Shown here: one piece after another, positions 60,940 through 64,000 of the stretch
Numbering within the stretch: position 1 is the first letter of the stretch
Layout: the number at the start of each line of letters is the position of its first letter
Origin: Macrostomum hystrix
Lineage: Eukaryota > Animalia > Platyhelminthes
Reading direction: 5' to 3'
Assembly (NCBI GenBank): GCA_950097015.1
Contig: CATNEN010000001.1
Location: forward strand, 3,720,001-3,784,000
DNA length: 64,000 nucleotides
Translations under genes and position numbers: made by a program
Notes under the pieces: generated by a model
Told to the model about the DNA's origin: nothing
Databases searched by the model: none
The model's input: the letters and a program-made list of their open reading frames with translations, nothing else

Positions 60940-61410
60940 GCAACTGCAGTTGCAAGTGTATGTCCTGTCAACACATGGTCTTTGCCCAGATCCATGCATG
61001 TTTCCGAATCTGGCACAAGGATTCGGTGAAGGAAATCAAAAAGAGGATAGCGTCTAATTGCTCTTGATTAGTAAATTTTCGTGAAATTAAAGTGAATTTC
61101 CTTTTTTTTATTTTTGCTTTTAATTCCATTATGCTTATTACTTTTTCAAGTTCTATAAACTTGGAACTCGAGTTTCGCAAATAATTTCGAACACTCAAGC
61201 AGCCTCGCTTTTGTTTTGCTTGAACTTGATGCAATTGAACAAAACAAATTGATTTGCGATTTGTGTTACGAATTCTTTTGCACGGCCTGATGTGCAGGCA
61301 GTTTCGGATACTAGCTGGAATGATTTTTTGGCAGATCTGAGATATTGTTTTTTTAACTCTGGACTCTCACGATGCCTATGTATGCATGGCCTATGTGGCA
61401 CCCATTTCAT
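60940..61410 (+). repeat. Duplicate of 56275-56757 (piggyBac 3' remnant and downstream flank)
   Basis: Near-identical colinear sequence (catggtctttgcccagatccatgcatgtttccgaatctggcac ... gcctatgtggcacccatttca). Confidence 0.9.
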
Positions 61411-61466
61411 GGCGTTCAAGCGCGGATTTAAACCATAGATAATATATAACCATTCGCTTATATATT

Positions 61467-62320
61467 GGCCCGTATGCAGAAAGCCTAGCCCAGTCTAGCT
61501 AGTCTGGACTGGGTAGTTTGGTCTATGGTCTTGAAATCGGTATGCATAAAAGCTAGTCACGACTACCATGATGAGTCTAGGCTAGACCAGTCTGGGCTAG
61601 ACCGAGCGCCAAACTTAAGCGCCAAATCCTCAACGGATTCCACGTTGTCTATGGTCCTTCTATGGGTGGGGAAAGACGGGGCACACGGGGAAAGAGGGTG
61701 GCCTTTGAATTCGTACGTGCGTGCAATCGATCGCACCGATTACATCAGGCAGTTGACAAATTTGGCGAAACCCTGTTGAAACGCGTGTCCGCTCAACACC
61801 TGGCTCTGGATAGTGGATATTATCCAATTGGACATTAATTGCTCTTACCACTTTCCAGTAGCAGCGGGACATCGTGCTCTGGTCAATACCTCCAAGAGCA
61901 GACAAGTTCTGCTGAAAGCTGCCAGTGCCAAGATAAGACAGTGTCAAGCACAGTTGCAGCATGGGAGTGAGACTCTTGTTTCGCTGGGTTGCTCTTTCAA
62001 GATCTGTCTCGACTAGTTCCACCAGTGCAACTAGTGACCGCGGTTCAAACCGAAACAGTCTTTTGATCTCAACCTCTGAGAATTGTTGAAGTGGTTCCAA
62101 CCGATCACGAAAAATGCGCTGCCGACGGAGGTCTTGTTGAACTAAATCAACAGCTAATAAAATATTCATTTCTGTAAATCTTGGCTGTCTTGGGCAATGA
62201 AAAAGCCAGTATCCTAGACTGCTCCAGAGTAGTCTAGGTTTTTTTCTAGACCGGACTAGCTAGTTGTAACTTTTATGCATACCAAAAATAAGACGCAACT
62301 AGCTAGGACTGAGCTACCCT
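61467..62320 (-). mobile_element. Truncated PIF/Harbinger element; HARBI1-like transposase N-half at 61660-62169
   Basis: LCLTLSYLGTGSFQ, GIDQSTMSR, FRQICQLPDVIGAIDCTHVRI (first catalytic Asp motif), after which the ORF is cut short. Inverted motif ggtatgcataaaag at about 61539 pairs with cttttatgcatacc at about 62270, with CTAG-rich subterminal repeats. Exact termini are uncertain. Confidence 0.85.
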
Positions 62321-62727
62321 AGTTTGTACAGGTAGAGAACAGGTGCAATTTACCTGTAAAAGTGCAAACCTGAAAACATAACCCTACTCAAATGTTAGGC
62401 CCAGGTATGCTGTATTCAATTAACACTAAATCTACCCTGTAAATTTCTCAATTGCTTGACTGTCTCCAGTACTGGTACGAGTAATTTAAAAAGTGATTTA
62501 TTGTTTTTTTATTTGCTCGAAAGTGTTCTATTCGTTTGATTAAGTACGAGTTTTGTTTTGTGTAGTATCAAGGTAGCAATTTTTATTGATGTAAATAAAT
62601 GGAAACAATTTTAGCTTCAAATTAAATAGGCTATAGATGTTATTTTGTTGATTTTGTTTTTATATATTACTTAGCATTGTGTGAAATGGATTTTCTCCTT
62701 TATATATTTTTCTACATTTGCTTTCAG

Positions 62728-63675
62728 ATGGCAGAATACATTATAAATATAGGCTGTGGCGGTGGCGGCTACGGCGGTGGCGGCTACGGTGGTGGTGGCC
62801 GAGGTGTCGGCGGTGGCAGCCGCGGCGCCCGAGGTGGCGGCGGTGGCGGACGACGCGCCCGAGGCGGTGGCGGCGGTGGCGGTCGAGGCGCCCGAGGTGG
62901 TGGCGGCGGCGGTGGCGGTGGCGGCTACGGCGGCGGCGGCCGAGGTGGCAGTGGCGGCCGAGGCGGCGGCGGTGGCGGCGTTCGCGGCGGCGGTGGCGGC
63001 GTCCGCGGCGGCGGTGGCGGCGTCCAAGGTGGCGGCCGAGGCGGCGGCGGTGGCGGCGTCCAAGGTGGCGGCCGAGGCGGCGTCCACGGTGGTGGTGGCG
63101 GCTACGGCGGCCGAGGCGGCGGTGGCAGCGTCCGCGGCGGTGGTGGCGGCTTCGGCGGTGGCTTCGGCGGTGGCGGCGGCGGTAGCGGCTACGGCGGTGG
63201 CGGCGGCGGTGGCGGTTACGGCGGTGGCGGCTACGGCGGTGGCGGCTACGGCAGCGGTGGCGGCCGTGTTTGTGGTGGTGCCAGCGCTGGCCGTTTATGT
63301 TAGTTTTCCATTTAGTTATCATTTGAATAGAGCATTTTTTCATAGAGTGAATGAGTTTCTTTCTATTTACTTTGGTTTTTTTTATTTGCAGTATGCTATC
63401 GATGTTGCGGTCTCGGGCATGTTGCCCGAGACTGCAAAAAGAGAAGCCGCAGCCGCAGCCGCAGCGGCGCCCGCTGTGAAAACAGCAGCAGCAGCAAAAG
63501 CAGCAGTCGCGTAAGTTTCAGCGTTCGAACAGAATTATACATTTTGTATTTAAAAAGGCAATAAATTTTCATATTACAAATGTAAGGTAATCCTCTTCAG
63601 CAGGAGCAGCCCCAGCAGCAGCAGGAGCAGCGCCAGCAGCAAATAAGGCCAAAGCAGCCCTGCGTCATGCAGTAG
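62728..63675 (+). CDS. Gly/RGG-rich protein with CCHC zinc knuckle, RS repeats and C-terminal CaaX; exons 62728-63298, 63392-63510, 63601-63675 (254 aa; may lack upstream exons)
   Basis: GGGGY/RGG repeats. A phase-1 donor T|GTTAGT joins tttgcAG to give CYRCCGLGHVARDC (CX2CX4HX4C) then KKRSRSRSRS. A phase-0 donor GTAAGT joins cttcAG to give QEQPQQQQEQRQQQIRPKQPCVMQ*. Confidence 0.72.
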
Positions 63676-63697
63676 GGGCAAAATTGAAATTGATTAT

Positions 63698-63952
63698 CAG
63701 AATAAGGGAATAGCTGATGGGGAATAAGGTAGTAGCTGATTGGGAATAAGGTAGTAGCTGATTGGGAATAAGGTAGTAGCTGATTGGGAATAAGGTAGTG
63801 GCTGATTGGGAATAAGGGAATAGCTGATTGGGAATAAGGGAATAACTGATTGGGAATAAGGGAATAGCTGATTGGGAATAAGGGAATAGCTGATTGGGAA
63901 TTTGGGAATAAGGGAATTGCTGATGGGGATTTTGGGAATAAGGGAATTGCTG
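63698..63952. repeat. About 21-22-bp minisatellite (GGGAATAAGGGAATAGCTGATT)
   Basis: Tandem copies just downstream of the CaaX stop codon. Confidence 0.9.
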
Positions 63953-64000
63953 TGGATGTTATTTTGGCGCAGGCCTGTGTTTGGCAATCCATGTGCCCCT

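Noticed and set aside
62718-63514. Arg/Trp-rich, Ala-rich and antisense His/Arg-rich ORFs over the Gly-rich exon
   Set aside because: These are alternative frames of (GGC)n-rich sequence. Only the Gly frame splices in phase to the CCHC exon.

Overview
This is eukaryotic (animal) genomic DNA, with GC-rich exons and AT-rich introns packed with minisatellites. The style suggests a free-living flatworm such as Macrostomum, but that is inference only. Gene models were built by hand from GT-AG sites with reading phases checked: a 13-exon integrin alpha (minus, 20514->2128, about 1341 aa), a 4-exon CDC34/UBE2R E2 enzyme (minus), a 2-exon Cys-rich/Lys-rich small protein (plus), an intronless class A GPCR with a very large ectodomain (plus), an 8-exon OCRL/INPP5B-like inositol 5-phosphatase (minus), a secreted fibrinogen-related protein with a tandem pseudogene copy (plus), and a 3-exon Gly/RGG-rich CCHC-knuckle protein ending in a CaaX box (plus). 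Mobile DNA includes two tRNA-derived SINE families (one with a CORE-like domain), two hAT MITEs with perfect 8-bp TSDs that carry a satellite, a decayed piggyBac and a truncated Harbinger. More than 20 distinct tandem arrays are present. The most notable observations are: an inverted SINE pair closely bracketing a frame-symmetric 690-nt integrin exon (circRNA geometry with a stop-free circular ORF); a different minisatellite in nearly every intron, several repeating splice-donor-like motifs on the sense strand; and several proteins with unusual architectures. There is no CRISPR array, rRNA or bona fide tRNA gene. All identities and copy numbers are by-eye estimates.
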